Position numbers and translations under genes: made by a program. From positions 1 through 64,000 of the forward strand of contig JBGSZS010000011.1 of the NCBI GenBank assembly GCA_041750285.1: 64,000 bases of DNA. The letters are read 5' to 3'. This document shows, one piece after another, positions 29,114 through 39,571 of this stretch. Within the stretch, counting starts at the first letter, position 1. The number at the start of each line of letters is the position of its first letter. The notes below the pieces were generated by a model. That model worked only from the letters and a program-made list of their open reading frames with translations. It was not told where the DNA came from and did not search any database. Source of the DNA: Candidatus Fermentibacteraceae bacterium (GTDB lineage: Bacteria > Fermentibacterota > Fermentibacteria > Fermentibacterales > JCC-6).

Positions 29114-30446
29114 AAAGACGTTCCTTCTGCTTCTTCTTCTGGCCGGGCTCGTGAGGGTGCCCGTTTTCGTTCTGGCTGCCCGCGGGCACTTCCTCGTGGG
29201 AGAGGGGCGGGTTCAGATCGATCTGGCTGAGAACATCCTGTCCGGCAGGGGTTTCCAGCTTTCCCCCTCCATGCTTTACCCCAGCCGTGAGGAGACCTCC
29301 GAGGCACGTGACTTCCAGATGGAGTTCTACCGGAGGGTTGACGGCTTTTACGGCGTTCTGCGTCCGGGCAGGCCCACGACCTTCCTCGTTCCGGGGAATG
29401 CGCTGTTCTTTGCCGGGCTGATCCTTCTGTTCGGTGGAACGAACATTGCAGCGATACTGGCCGTGCAGTTCGCCCTTGGCATCCTGACGGTCGGCCTGGG
29501 CATTCGCATCGCTTCCCGGTTCCTCTCCGGAAGGTGGCTCATCGCGGCGGGCGCGCTCATGGCGGTCGACCCCTTCGAGCTTTACTATGAGGCGATCCCG
29601 GCGACCCAGGCGCTCTTTTCACTGTGTTTGATGCTCAGCCTCTTCCTGTCCCTCAGACTTCTTGAAAGACCTGGCGCGGGAAGGGCGGCACTGGCAGGTC
29701 TTGCCTGGGGTGCCGCATTCATGGTGAGGCCTGCTGCCCTGCCGTTGGCTTTGCTTGTTCCTGTCCTCTGCCTTTTCGGCCACAGGTTTTCACGAGGTTC
29801 CATTCCCGCCGTTCTGGCGCTCACTCTCTCTTTTTCCGCGGTGCTGCTTCCGTGGGGGCTCCGGAACCGGGCGGTCACGGGGGAGTTCACCGTCATTCCG
29901 ACCCAGGGTGGGCTTCAGCTCTGGGAATTCAACGGAAGGGTGTTCTCGGAGAGCTTCCGTCACGAGCAGAGGGGTGCCTCACTTCTTTACGAACCAGTCA
30001 GGGAGAGGTGGATCGGCAGGCTTTCGAGCCCTGAGCTGGCCGAATTCCCGGAGTTCACCGATGAATCCGAGGCCTTCCGCGACAGCGTTCTCTACCACAG
30101 GCAGACCCTTTTCCTGCGAAGGAACCCGCTCGTGTTCATCGAACTTGTCTCACTGCGCTTCATGGAGTTCTTCAAACCGTTCCCTCTGAACGATTTTTCC
30201 GCTTATCACACCGCTGCGGGGCTGCTTTTCTTCTTCTGGATCAGTGCCCTTATGGTGCCGGGGGGGATCCTGCTCATGACGGGTTTCGAACCCCGGGGCA
30301 TGCTGGTGGCCCTTGGGGCCTGGGGATACTCCCTGATGCACCTTCTGGTTGCCTCGGGCACTCCCCACAGGGTGGCCATCGATTTCCTTCTGGTGGTGAT
30401 GGCCCTGCGGGCACTGAGGGTTTTCTGGCTCAGAAGGCGTGCATGA
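29106..30446 (+). CDS. GT-C fold membrane glycosyltransferase (ArnT/PMT-like), paralogue of 25708..27021
   Basis: Multi-TM protein with VRP, PWGLRN and PTQGGLQLW, matching PWVVRN...PTKGSLNLW of the upstream paralogue. Confidence 0.7.
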   Translation: MNRKTFLLLLLLAGLVRVPVFVLAARGHFLVGEGRVQIDLAENILSGRGFQLSPSMLYPSREETSEARDFQMEFYRRVDGFYGVLRPGRPTTFLVPGNALFFAGLILLFGGTNIAAILAVQFALGILTVGLGIRIASRFLSGRWLIAAGALMAVDPFELYYEAIPATQALFSLCLMLSLFLSLRLLERPGAGRAALAGLAWGAAFMVRPAALPLALLVPVLCLFGHRFSRGSIPAVLALTLSFSAVLLPWGLRNRAVTGEFTVIPTQGGLQLWEFNGRVFSESFRHEQRGASLLYEPVRERWIGRLSSPELAEFPEFTDESEAFRDSVLYHRQTLFLRRNPLVFIELVSLRFMEFFKPFPLNDFSAYHTAAGLLFFFWISALMVPGGILLMTGFEPRGMLVALGAWGYSLMHLLVASGTPHRVAIDFLLVVMALRALRVFWLRRRA

Positions 30447-31402
30447 GGGTGCTGGCGGTTCGAACCCACGCGTTCGGAGACGCTCTGATGTGCACTCCTG
30501 CGGTAAAGGAGCTGGCATCCGTTCACAGCGTCACTGTCCTCACGGGCCCTTCGGCGCTGCCGGTCTGGAACCGGCTTCCCGGGCTTTGCGGGGTGATCGA
30601 GGCTCCGATGCCGGGCAGACCGTTTCAGCTTCTGGCCTGGTCCCTCCGTGGAAGGCTGCGTGGTTTCGACAGGGTCGTGTTCTTCGGTTTCTCGGGATTC
30701 ATGAGGAGATGGCTCAGGCTTCTTTCGGCGGCTCCAGTTCACAGCGGGGCGGATGAGCCCATGGGTGCCTGGGAGACCGCACGCGGTTTTCACGGAAGAC
30801 CGGCGGCGCGCGCATACGCCTGGATAGCCGGTGTGGAACCCGTTGACACCGTTCCGGTCTTCCCGCTGTTTCCGGAAGAGATCTCGGTCGCGGCTGAGCT
30901 CGCGGGCAGCGAACCCTACTGCGTCGTGTCTCCGGGCGGGGGCCTCAATCCCAGGCAGTCGGTGCCGGCCAAAAGATGGTCAAGCAAGGGATGGGCAGCC
31001 GTCGTGGCGCACATTCACTCGATGGGTTTCAGGACAGTGGGAGTCGGGGGGCCTCATGACAGGACTTTCGTTGAACGGGCGGGATGCACCGTGAATCTGG
31101 CGGGCACATGTTCATGGGGTGTGACAGCGTCGGTGATCGCGGGAGCTGCGGCATTCGCAGGGAATGACAGCGGACCGGCGCACCTGGCCGTGGCATGGCG
31201 CGTACCTTCGGTGGTGGTGTTCGGCCCGACGGATCCCGGCGCTCTTTACCCCGATGGGTCAATCGTTCCCGTGACGCCTTCGGTCCAGTGTGCGCCCTGC
31301 TATTCCAACGGTATTTTCCGGGGATGTGAAAGGGGTATGGTCTGCATGGAATCCATCAGGGCGGTCCGGGTCATCGAAGCCCTGGAAAGTGTTACAGGAT
31401 GA
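30443..31402 (+). CDS. GT9 glycosyltransferase (heptosyltransferase-like)
   Basis: FGDALMCTP, KRW, GNDSGPAHLA and VFGPT motifs. Confidence 0.9.
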   Translation: MRVLAVRTHAFGDALMCTPAVKELASVHSVTVLTGPSALPVWNRLPGLCGVIEAPMPGRPFQLLAWSLRGRLRGFDRVVFFGFSGFMRRWLRLLSAAPVHSGADEPMGAWETARGFHGRPAARAYAWIAGVEPVDTVPVFPLFPEEISVAAELAGSEPYCVVSPGGGLNPRQSVPAKRWSSKGWAAVVAHIHSMGFRTVGVGGPHDRTFVERAGCTVNLAGTCSWGVTASVIAGAAAFAGNDSGPAHLAVAWRVPSVVVFGPTDPGALYPDGSIVPVTPSVQCAPCYSNGIFRGCERGMVCMESIRAVRVIEALESVTG

Positions 31403-32838
31403 GGATAACGGCCCTCAATCCGCCGTTCCTGCCCGAGTACAGCAGGGGGCAGAGAAGTCCGGCGGTCACCCGAAGCGGCTGCCTGTACTACCCGATCTGG
31501 CTCTCCTACGCTGTGGTGGCCCTTGAACAGGCGGGGCACGAGGTCCAGTTCATCGACGCCCCCGCGATGAAAATGGATTCAGCAACCGTTCTGGAATCCA
31601 TACGGAGGTTCTCGCCATCAATGGTGGCCGTTGAGACATCGACCCCGTCAATTGCTTCCGATATCAATATTGCAGATGAGCTTACAGCAATGGGTCTCAC
31701 GGTCCTCCTCGTGGGAACCCACCCTTCCGCCCTTCCCGAAGAGACGATTGCCATGGGCTCTTCCTTCAGGGGTGTGGTGGCGGGAGAATACGAAAAGCCC
31801 CTGCTGGGCGCAGCCGAAGCGATCGAGGGATCCATGCCCCTCGAGATAGTTCCCGGGCTTGTCCTGCGGACCGAAGACGGCGCCGTGGCCACTCCCAGGG
31901 CCGAACCACTCGAAGACCTCGACTCGCTTCCATTCGTCAGCGGGGTCTACGCCCGTCATCTTCCTGTCAGAAGGTACTCGAACCCCAACGCGCTTCATCC
32001 GCAGGTCATGATCATGGGGGGGAGGGGCTGCCCCAACCGCTGCACCTTCTGCGTTTTTCCGCAGACGCTAACGGGGCATGTTTTCAGGGCGCGCTCGCCG
32101 GTGAACATCGTGGACGAGGTGGAGTGGGTCGCGGCGCACATGCCCGAAGTCCGGGCGGTCTTCTTCGAGGATGACACCATGACCGCCGACCGCGAACGTC
32201 TCGCGGCCATCGCCAGGGAATTGATCCAGCGCAGGGTCAATCTGAGCTGGTCCTGCAACATGCGTGCCGACATGGACTTCGATACCCTTCTTCTGTGCAG
32301 GAAGGCGGGTCTCAGAACGGTGTGCGTGGGGTTCGAGAGCGGAAGCGACATGATACTTGCGGCGATGGGTAAAAACCTCACCACGGCACGAATGCGCAGG
32401 TTCGCCTCGGATTGCCGCAGGGCTCATGTAAGGGTTCACGGCTGCTTCATGGTGGGCACCAGGGGTGAAACCCGGGCCACCATGGAGGAGACCCTTGCGT
32501 TCGCCCTGGAACTGAACCCCGACACGGCGCAGTTCTACCCGCTGATGGTCTACCCCGGAACAACGGCCTACAGGCTGGCCTGCGAGGATGGATGCATCGT
32601 CCCGGCATCCTTCCGGGACTGGCTCAAACCCGACGGCACGCACAACTGCGTGGTCAGGACCGCGGAGCTTTCCCCCGCCGAACTCGTTGAATTCTGTGAC
32701 CGGGCCAGAAGGAAATTCTACCTGAGACCCCGGTATCTGGCGGGCAAGTTTCTGCGAACCGTCGGAGACAGTGACGAGAGACGAAGCGTGCTGCTGGCCT
32801 TTCGCACGTTCCGCCGGCACATGCTGCGAAGGCGCTGA
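31399..32838 (+). CDS. Cobalamin-dependent radical SAM enzyme, HpnJ-like
   Basis: N-terminal LNPP...YPIWL, TSTPS, RGCPNRCTFC, FEDDT, GFESG and VHGCFMVG. Confidence 0.85.
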   Translation: MRITALNPPFLPEYSRGQRSPAVTRSGCLYYPIWLSYAVVALEQAGHEVQFIDAPAMKMDSATVLESIRRFSPSMVAVETSTPSIASDINIADELTAMGLTVLLVGTHPSALPEETIAMGSSFRGVVAGEYEKPLLGAAEAIEGSMPLEIVPGLVLRTEDGAVATPRAEPLEDLDSLPFVSGVYARHLPVRRYSNPNALHPQVMIMGGRGCPNRCTFCVFPQTLTGHVFRARSPVNIVDEVEWVAAHMPEVRAVFFEDDTMTADRERLAAIARELIQRRVNLSWSCNMRADMDFDTLLLCRKAGLRTVCVGFESGSDMILAAMGKNLTTARMRRFASDCRRAHVRVHGCFMVGTRGETRATMEETLAFALELNPDTAQFYPLMVYPGTTAYRLACEDGCIVPASFRDWLKPDGTHNCVVRTAELSPAELVEFCDRARRKFYLRPRYLAGKFLRTVGDSDERRSVLLAFRTFRRHMLRRR

Positions 32839-33800
32839 TGGAGCTGGTATCGGTCGTCGTTCCATTCCACGGGCCCACCGGGCCGCTGCTGCGCTGTCTC
32901 GAATCTCTGGCCTGCCAGACCATCAGGTCTTCGCTTGAGATAGTCCTCAGTGTGGACGGTCCCGTCTGCCCGGAAGAGGCCTCCGGTCTTGCCGATGCAG
33001 TCGTTACAAGCCCCGAGAGGACTGGCCCTGCAGGGGCGAGGAACCGGGGCTGGAGGGCATCGGGGGGAAGCTGCATCCTTTTTACCGATTCCGATTGCGT
33101 CCCTTTGCCGGACTGGGCCGGGAAAATGGCGGCCCCCCTTTTCGGGGGCTGGCAGGCGTCGAAGGGCGTGTACACGGCTGGCGGCACTCACAACATACAG
33201 CGGCTTGCCCAGATAGAATTCCAGGAACGGTACCGGATAATGGGAAAGGCCAGGGAAGTCACCATTGCCGACACCTATTCCGCAGGCTTCACGAGGGAGA
33301 GCCTGGAATCACTGGGCGGATTCGATGAAACCTTTCCCGTGCCGGACCATGAGGATGTCGACCTCTCCTGGAGGCTTCTGGAGAAGGGGGGACGGATCCG
33401 CTTCGTTCCGGACGCGGGAGTGGCCCATACCCACAGACCGGGCTGGGTTGCATACTTCAGGCTCAAGATGAGCAGGGGCAGGTGGCGTTTGAAGGTTCTG
33501 AGAAAGTTCCCCTCCATGGCGCGCAGTGATGGGTACACACCCCAGACTATGAAGGTTCAGATGCTTCTGGCACCTCTTCTACCTCCGGCCCTCGCTGCCG
33601 GGCTGGTCACACCGCTGATACCGCTGGCATGGCTCGGGGTCTTCCTTGTGTTCTGCGTACCCATAATGCTGACCGCCATGTCGTTCGATCCGGCCATGAC
33701 CCCCCTGGTCCCCGTTTTCTGCTGGTGGCGGGGAACAGCCCTGTTCACGGGGCTCTTAAACGGCCTTTTGAGGGGAGGATCGAGCTGTTCGCCCCGGTGA
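32838..33800 (+). CDS. GT2 glycosyltransferase
   Basis: SVVVP, GPAGARNRG, FTDSD, GGFDE and EDVDL motifs, C-terminal TM helices. Confidence 0.9.
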   Translation: MELVSVVVPFHGPTGPLLRCLESLACQTIRSSLEIVLSVDGPVCPEEASGLADAVVTSPERTGPAGARNRGWRASGGSCILFTDSDCVPLPDWAGKMAAPLFGGWQASKGVYTAGGTHNIQRLAQIEFQERYRIMGKAREVTIADTYSAGFTRESLESLGGFDETFPVPDHEDVDLSWRLLEKGGRIRFVPDAGVAHTHRPGWVAYFRLKMSRGRWRLKVLRKFPSMARSDGYTPQTMKVQMLLAPLLPPALAAGLVTPLIPLAWLGVFLVFCVPIMLTAMSFDPAMTPLVPVFCWWRGTALFTGLLNGLLRGGSSCSPR

Positions 33801-35176
33801 GGAAATCGGATCGTGCCTTCATAATGGGGCAGATCGTCGCCGACCTTGTTTCGGTGCCCGTGGCGGTCCTCGTCACATGGTACATCAGGGCGGTTGTCAT
33901 AGCACCCCTCCTTCCACGCTTCGATCATCCCGTTGCCGTTTACCTCCCCGTTATTCCCTGGGTCGCCCTGATCTGGATAGCGTGTTTCCAGGGCGCAGAG
34001 CTCTACCGCCCAAGCAGACGCGCCAACGGGATCACCTCGCTCACCAGGCACATCAAGGCCTACCTGATGCTGGCGGTCTTTCTGATGGCGGCGAGCTATC
34101 TCGTCAAGATGGACTATTCCCGTGTCATCCTCTTCCTTTTCATCGTCGTCGCGTGGCCGCTGGACAGCATCGCCAGGAAAGCCGCTGCATGGTTCACCGG
34201 ACGGCTCGTCCCCGTTAAGGAGGCCCCGGGCGTGCTGGTCGTAGGTTCCGGTGAGTACGCCGAAAAGGTGATCGCCTCGCTCATGCGCATGCCCGAACCG
34301 AAACACGTGATGGCGGGTGTTCTGGTGGAGGATGAGAAACACTCGGTGACAGCAATCGGCGGCGTTCCCGTCCGTGGGACCATCCGCGACCTGCCCCGCC
34401 TTGTGGGCAGCATGAAGGTCGACGAGGTTGTCTTTGCAAGTTCGAGCCTTGGCAGGACCGAACTGATGGAAGCGATAAACTCGGTCAAGACCGACGACGT
34501 GGTCTTCATGGTGGTGACCGACCTCTTCCAGATCGCCTCGGGCGCGGGCAGCCTGGAAGAACTCACAAGGATGCCCGTGGTGGAGATCGGCTCGGCCCGC
34601 ACCGGCAGCTATCACCGGGCGGCCAAGCGCCTTCTCGACCTGTGCCTTTCCGCCTTCCTGATAGTCGCACTGTCCCCGCTGATGGCTGTCGTCTGGCTTC
34701 TGCTGCTCGTGCAGGGAAAGGGTGATCCCGTTTTCAAGCAGAAGAGGGTGGGCAGGAATGGAGCGCCCTTCACACTTTACAAGTTCAGGACCATGAAACC
34801 CCAGACCGGGGAGTACGAGGTCGCCCCTCTCGAACCGGGCGACTCCAGGATAACCCCTGTTGGAAGGCTTCTCAGAAGGACCAGTCTCGATGAGCTTCCG
34901 CAGCTCTTCAACGTTCTCAACGGCAGCATGAGCCTTGTGGGTCCCCGTCCCGAGATGGATTTCATCGTGCGGGACTACAATGCCTGGCAGCGAAGAAGGC
35001 TGGACGTGAAACCCGGGATAACCGGCCTGTGGCAGGTCATGGGGAGAAAGGACCTTCCCCTGCACGACAACCTCGAATTCGATTTCTACTACATACGCAA
35101 CCAGTCGCTCATGCTCGACATCGCAATTCTCATCCGTACCGTGTACACCGTCCTGGCGGGAAGGGGGGCCTACTGA
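33797..35176 (+). CDS. Undecaprenyl-phosphate sugar phosphotransferase (WcaJ/WbaP-like)
   Basis: [25 protein letters not shown] and [10 protein letters not shown] motifs. GTG start overlaps the previous stop. Confidence 0.93.
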   Translation: MRKSDRAFIMGQIVADLVSVPVAVLVTWYIRAVVIAPLLPRFDHPVAVYLPVIPWVALIWIACFQGAELYRPSRRANGITSLTRHIKAYLMLAVFLMAASYLVKMDYSRVILFLFIVVAWPLDSIARKAAAWFTGRLVPVKEAPGVLVVGSGEYAEKVIASLMRMPEPKHVMAGVLVEDEKHSVTAIGGVPVRGTIRDLPRLVGSMKVDEVVFASSSLGRTELMEAINSVKTDDVVFMVVTDLFQIASGAGSLEELTRMPVVEIGSARTGSYHRAAKRLLDLCLSAFLIVALSPLMAVVWLLLLVQGKGDPVFKQKRVGRNGAPFTLYKFRTMKPQTGEYEVAPLEPGDSRITPVGRLLRRTSLDELPQLFNVLNGSMSLVGPRPEMDFIVRDYNAWQRRRLDVKPGITGLWQVMGRKDLPLHDNLEFDFYYIRNQSLMLDIAILIRTVYTVLAGRGAY

Positions 35177-35910
35177 TGCCGTTCCCGCTTCTTTTTGCCC
35201 TGCTTTCCTTCCTGCCTCCGTCCATCATGGGAAGGGGTGTTCATCCCGCCGCATGGGCATCGTCAGCCCTCGAGCTGTTCGATGCGCCCGCCGGGCTTTC
35301 GAGGCTTGTGGGCCCCGGGACGGGCGGCTGGGTGCGAAGCTATCGGGACGGCCCTGGAGAGATCGGAGTCTTCGGCGGCCTTCCGTTGCCGGGTGACAGG
35401 TTTTCGGCCGGGGCTCTCGTGTCGGTCGACACTGAAATCGACGACTTCGAGTTCGCCCTTGGCGGATCGTGGGTCGTTACCGGTGATCCCATCGGGTTCA
35501 TGGAGGGTCTTTTCGGCCCCAGCATAGTCCTCGGCTGTTCCGGAGGGGCCATCGACCCGGGAGAAGGCCTTGAACCTTTTGCCACCGCTTCACTTCAATT
35601 CTCCATGTTCCCTTCCTTCGCGCTGGGCGCCGCCTCGACCTGGAGCGCCGACGCCAGACCCCGTATGAGTCTTGGTTTCACGCATGTATTCAACAGGGCA
35701 TTCACACTCAACGCCGGCTTCACCCCTGAAAGCCCCGAGATCGGCGCAGTACTGCGGATATCGCCCGACCTCTCCTTCACCGCCGGAACCGGCGGGAAGG
35801 ACTGGCATTCAGGGGTCCTTCTCGATGCAGGACCCTTCCGTGTCGACCTGTCCGTTGTATTTGACGGAGGCGACGCCGAAGGCGGCGCCGGACTCGACTG
35901 GAGGCTCTGA
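35176..35910 (+). CDS. Hypothetical outer-membrane beta-barrel-like protein
   Basis: Hydrophobic N-terminus, alternating beta strands, C-terminal GLDWRL. TGATG coupling on both sides. Confidence 0.5.
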   Translation: MPFPLLFALLSFLPPSIMGRGVHPAAWASSALELFDAPAGLSRLVGPGTGGWVRSYRDGPGEIGVFGGLPLPGDRFSAGALVSVDTEIDDFEFALGGSWVVTGDPIGFMEGLFGPSIVLGCSGGAIDPGEGLEPFATASLQFSMFPSFALGAASTWSADARPRMSLGFTHVFNRAFTLNAGFTPESPEIGAVLRISPDLSFTAGTGGKDWHSGVLLDAGPFRVDLSVVFDGGDAEGGAGLDWRL

Positions 35911-37079
35911 TGGGGATCCATGTCCTTGTCCTTTTTCTCGTTCTGCAGCCCGCAACAGGGGAGGGCGGTTTCAATGCCGGGGCAGGGCTCTTCACTTACG
36001 GCGGTGCAGATCTTGATTCGGGGCTCAACACACTGGGAATCGACAGCCTTCTTCTCCTTCCCTCCGTTTCCCTTTTCGGCGAGGGCTACAGGATGAATGT
36101 CGTCGCGCAGGCTTCGCCGGTCCATGAAGCGAACGGTTTCAAGGTTCTTCATGCCTCCGGTGGCCTCAGACTTCCCGGATCGCCGTGGATTGGCACCGAG
36201 GCAGCCCATGGTGCCGACAGCCCGTTCCTCTTCAGCCTTGACCGCCCCTGGCTCGAACGGGACAATTCCGCCCGCGACAGCCTTCTGTACGCGGCGGTCG
36301 AGGGCGGGGGCATTCTTGGCTTCGATGGCCACTTCAGGGCTTACCGGGAAGGAACGGCGGATACGTTGGTCTGGGCCGGAATAAGGTCTCCCTGGCTCGG
36401 TTTCGCCCAGGTCTGGTGGGACGGATTCAGGGGGCCGGTCGAGATGAACGCTCTCGGAGGCCTGGTCCGACTTGCCGACTTCGTTCCCTGGTTCAGTTTC
36501 ATCGATTCGTCGGGCGCCGTCAGCGGCGACGCGGAGTTGAGGGGCGACTGGGCCAGGCTTCCCGCCTCTCTCTCGCTGGTCCCATGGATGCACTACTCCG
36601 ACGATGACAGCACGCAGGCCGGCCTGAAGGTTCACTTCTCAGGGGGTCCCGCGGCCCATTCGGGTGTACTGAGGCTCGGCTTCCCCGTTCAGGATGAAGG
36701 CTCCTTTTCGGCCATGCTCAGATATTCCATGCAGAGCGCTGCCGGCATCCACTGGAGCACCGGGGCCGATGCTTCGGGGGAAGGCGATTGGGAAGGCTTC
36801 GTCATTGGTGAGTACAGGGCGTCACCAGCCGGCTTCGGCATGGGTGTCTCCGCCTCGCAGGACAGTGTCAGGGTCACGGGCAGATCGACATATTCCCCCG
36901 TGCCTTCCGTGTCGGCATCACTGGAGCTGTCTTCCGATGTTTTCTCCGGGAGCGCCGATCCTTCCGGCACGATCATGGTTTCGGCTTTCAGGGGACCGGT
37001 CCGGGCCCTGCTGGGGTACTTCTGGAGTGAGGGAACATCTCTCTTCACAGTGGAACTGGGAGGTTGGCTGGGCATATGA
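35910..37079 (+). CDS. Hypothetical outer-membrane beta-barrel-like protein
   Basis: Signal peptide, Gly/aromatic-rich amphipathic strands, translationally coupled. Confidence 0.55.
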   Translation: MGIHVLVLFLVLQPATGEGGFNAGAGLFTYGGADLDSGLNTLGIDSLLLLPSVSLFGEGYRMNVVAQASPVHEANGFKVLHASGGLRLPGSPWIGTEAAHGADSPFLFSLDRPWLERDNSARDSLLYAAVEGGGILGFDGHFRAYREGTADTLVWAGIRSPWLGFAQVWWDGFRGPVEMNALGGLVRLADFVPWFSFIDSSGAVSGDAELRGDWARLPASLSLVPWMHYSDDDSTQAGLKVHFSGGPAAHSGVLRLGFPVQDEGSFSAMLRYSMQSAAGIHWSTGADASGEGDWEGFVIGEYRASPAGFGMGVSASQDSVRVTGRSTYSPVPSVSASLELSSDVFSGSADPSGTIMVSAFRGPVRALLGYFWSEGTSLFTVELGGWLGI

Positions 37080-37438
37080 GACCGCTTGCGTTCGTCTGCG
37101 CCCTGATGTGCGGCTGCAGCGCCCTGACACCCGTCCCCAGAAGCAATGATAGCGCCGGACTTCACCTTTCGTATCCGGGTGCATCAAGGGTTCAGGTCAT
37201 CTCGGACTGGAACCTCTGGGGAGGTGCCGAAGGCCCTGCGCGTCGATTCGAACCCATGACGGGGGAAATGACCGACGGGGGAGGCGGCGAGTGGTTCCTT
37301 CCATTACCGTCGGGACTTCCCCGTGGAATGTACCGTTACGCGTTTCTCGTCGACGGATACAGGCTGCTTTCGGATCCCATGTGTTCCGAAAGGGGTTCCT
37401 GGAACGGCCATGAGGTTTCCGTGCTGGAGGTCAGGTAG
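37076..37438 (+). CDS. Lipoprotein with glycogen-binding CBM48/AMPK-beta-like domain
   Basis: Lipobox-like MCGC, ASRVQVISDWN, GEW, GMYRYAFLVDG and DP motifs. Confidence 0.75.
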   Translation: MRPLAFVCALMCGCSALTPVPRSNDSAGLHLSYPGASRVQVISDWNLWGGAEGPARRFEPMTGEMTDGGGGEWFLPLPSGLPRGMYRYAFLVDGYRLLSDPMCSERGSWNGHEVSVLEVR

Positions 37439-37439
37439 T

Positions 37440-38486
37440 TTGGCATCGGTGGCCTTCGAACGTGTCTCCAAAACCTTCGATGACGGCCCGCCTGCGCTCT
37501 CGGACGTTTCACTCGAAGTGGGCGACGGCGAATTCCTCGTCCTCGTCGGCCCCAGCGGATGCGGGAAGTCAACACTGCTCCGGATACTGGCGGGACTCAC
37601 CGAACCCACTTCCGGCACCGTCAGGATCGGCGGTCGCGATGTCACCCTCGATCCTCCCGGCGGCAGGAACATCGCCATGGTGTTTCAGAACTACGCTCTG
37701 TACCCCCACATGAGCGTTTTCGACAACCTTGCCTTCGGGCTTCGGATGCGCAGGACGCCCCGCACCGAGATAGACCGTCTGGTGCGGAACTCGGCAGACG
37801 TCCTCGGGATAACCGAACTGCTGGGCAGGAAACCCAGGGAGCTCTCCGGGGGACAGAAGCAGAGAGTCGCGCTTGGCAGGGCCATCGTCAGGCAGCCCCA
37901 GGTCTTTCTTTTCGATGAGCCCCTCTCGAATCTCGACGCCGGGCTGAGGGTCAGCATGCGGAACGAGCTGGCGGCGCTTCACAGAAGGCTTTCGACAACA
38001 GTGATCTACGTGACCCACGACCAGTCCGAGGCCATGACCCTCGGAGACCGGATCGCCGTGCTCGACCACGGAGTGGTTCAACAGGTCGCGCCTCCCCTCA
38101 GTCTTTACCGTGATCCGGCCAACATGTTCGTGGCAGGGTTCATTGGAAGTCCCTCGATCAACCTGATCCCGGGGAGGGTCGAGAACGGCGTGTGCCGCAT
38201 TGCAGGAGGAGCCGTGCCATCCAGGGGCATTCCTGACGGTGAGTGCTTCCTCGGGGTCAGACCCGAGCACCTGACGCCGGATCCGGCGGGCGATCTCAGG
38301 GGAACGCTCGAGTTCGTCGAAACCCTGGGAAACGAGATCATCCAACATGTATCGATAGGGGGAACGACCTTCGTGAGCCGCAGCGAGCCGGACACCGCCG
38401 GCGTGGCGGGCGAGACGGTGTCCTTCTCTTTGAACCCCCTCCGTTGTATCTTCTTCGGAACTGACGGAATGAGGATCAACCCGTGA
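37440..38486 (+). CDS. Sugar ABC transporter ATPase (MalK/UgpC-like)
   Basis: GPSGCGKST, FQNYALYPH, LSGGQKQR and DEPLSNLD motifs. TTG start with GGAGG. Confidence 0.93.
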   Translation: MASVAFERVSKTFDDGPPALSDVSLEVGDGEFLVLVGPSGCGKSTLLRILAGLTEPTSGTVRIGGRDVTLDPPGGRNIAMVFQNYALYPHMSVFDNLAFGLRMRRTPRTEIDRLVRNSADVLGITELLGRKPRELSGGQKQRVALGRAIVRQPQVFLFDEPLSNLDAGLRVSMRNELAALHRRLSTTVIYVTHDQSEAMTLGDRIAVLDHGVVQQVAPPLSLYRDPANMFVAGFIGSPSINLIPGRVENGVCRIAGGAVPSRGIPDGECFLGVRPEHLTPDPAGDLRGTLEFVETLGNEIIQHVSIGGTTFVSRSEPDTAGVAGETVSFSLNPLRCIFFGTDGMRINP

Positions 38487-39571
38487 CAATGCTGCCCGTT
38501 TTCACCGCCCTGACCGGGGCGTTTCTTGTGTCGGCCGTGATGACGCCCATCGCGCGCAGGCTCGCCCTCAGGATGAACTTCGTGGACAGGCCCGGCAAGG
38601 AACAGAAGGGGCACCTGAAACCAACACCCCTTCTCGGTGGAGCGGCCCTGTTCATTTCATTCGCTGTCGTGGTAGGCGCCGGTCATCTGGCGTGGCCCGA
38701 ACTGACCGAGGGCATAGTGAGCGACACTCCCCTCGACTGGAGCTCGCTTTCGGTGATGATGATCATCGGCGCCACTCTCATGCTTCTCACCGGGCTTCTC
38801 GACGATATCATAGGGATGTCTCCGGGAATGAAGCTGTTGTTCCACACGATCACCGCCCTGCTGGTGGGCATCTACTTCGTCGTGGAAGGGGCCAGCGTGA
38901 GCCTGTTCCTTTCCGGCTCCGGCCTTTCCCTGCTTGCCGCTCCCGTAACCCTTCTCTGGCTGGTGGGGATAACTAACTCCGTGAACCTGCTCGACCACTC
39001 CGACGGCTCCTGTGCCGGGATATCGGCCATTTCCGCCCTTTTCTTCACCGTCGTCAACGTGCTTCACGGCAACGCCGCCGTGGCGTTCCTAGCGGCCAGC
39101 CTTGCCGGGGCCTCACTTGGTTTCCTGCTCTACAACTTCCCGCCCGCCAGGATCTTCATGGGCGACGGGGGCAGCAATCTTCTGGGCTTCATGCTCGCGG
39201 TCATAGCCGTTCTCGGGGTGTACACGCCCGAAGGCTCCATCCGCGAGCTTGCCGTCTTTTCACCACTGCTAATCCTCGCCGTTCCCATTCTGGACACTCT
39301 TCTGGTGATGATCTACAGGAAGAGGAAGGGTGCGCCTCTGATGAAGGGTGACCGCAACCACCTGACCCACAGGCTTACACGCCTGGGTCTCACCCTGAGG
39401 GAGTCGATCCTCCTGCTCTACCTTCTGGGAATACTGATGGGCATCCTGGCCCTCCTCCTTCCCACGCTCAGGCCGTATCAGGCCATTCTGCTGTTCTTTC
39501 ACGCCCTGGGCCTGCTGGGGCTTCTGGCCTTTTTGCTTCAGAAGGGCGAGTCAAGAAAGGTGGAGAGGTGA
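38483..39571 (+). CDS. MraY/WecA-family glycosyl-1-phosphate transferase
   Basis: PLLGG, GLLDD, NSVNLLD, YNFPPARIFMGDGG and DRNHLTH motifs. Confidence 0.9.
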   Translation: MTMLPVFTALTGAFLVSAVMTPIARRLALRMNFVDRPGKEQKGHLKPTPLLGGAALFISFAVVVGAGHLAWPELTEGIVSDTPLDWSSLSVMMIIGATLMLLTGLLDDIIGMSPGMKLLFHTITALLVGIYFVVEGASVSLFLSGSGLSLLAAPVTLLWLVGITNSVNLLDHSDGSCAGISAISALFFTVVNVLHGNAAVAFLAASLAGASLGFLLYNFPPARIFMGDGGSNLLGFMLAVIAVLGVYTPEGSIRELAVFSPLLILAVPILDTLLVMIYRKRKGAPLMKGDRNHLTHRLTRLGLTLRESILLLYLLGILMGILALLLPTLRPYQAILLFFHALGLLGLLAFLLQKGESRKVER

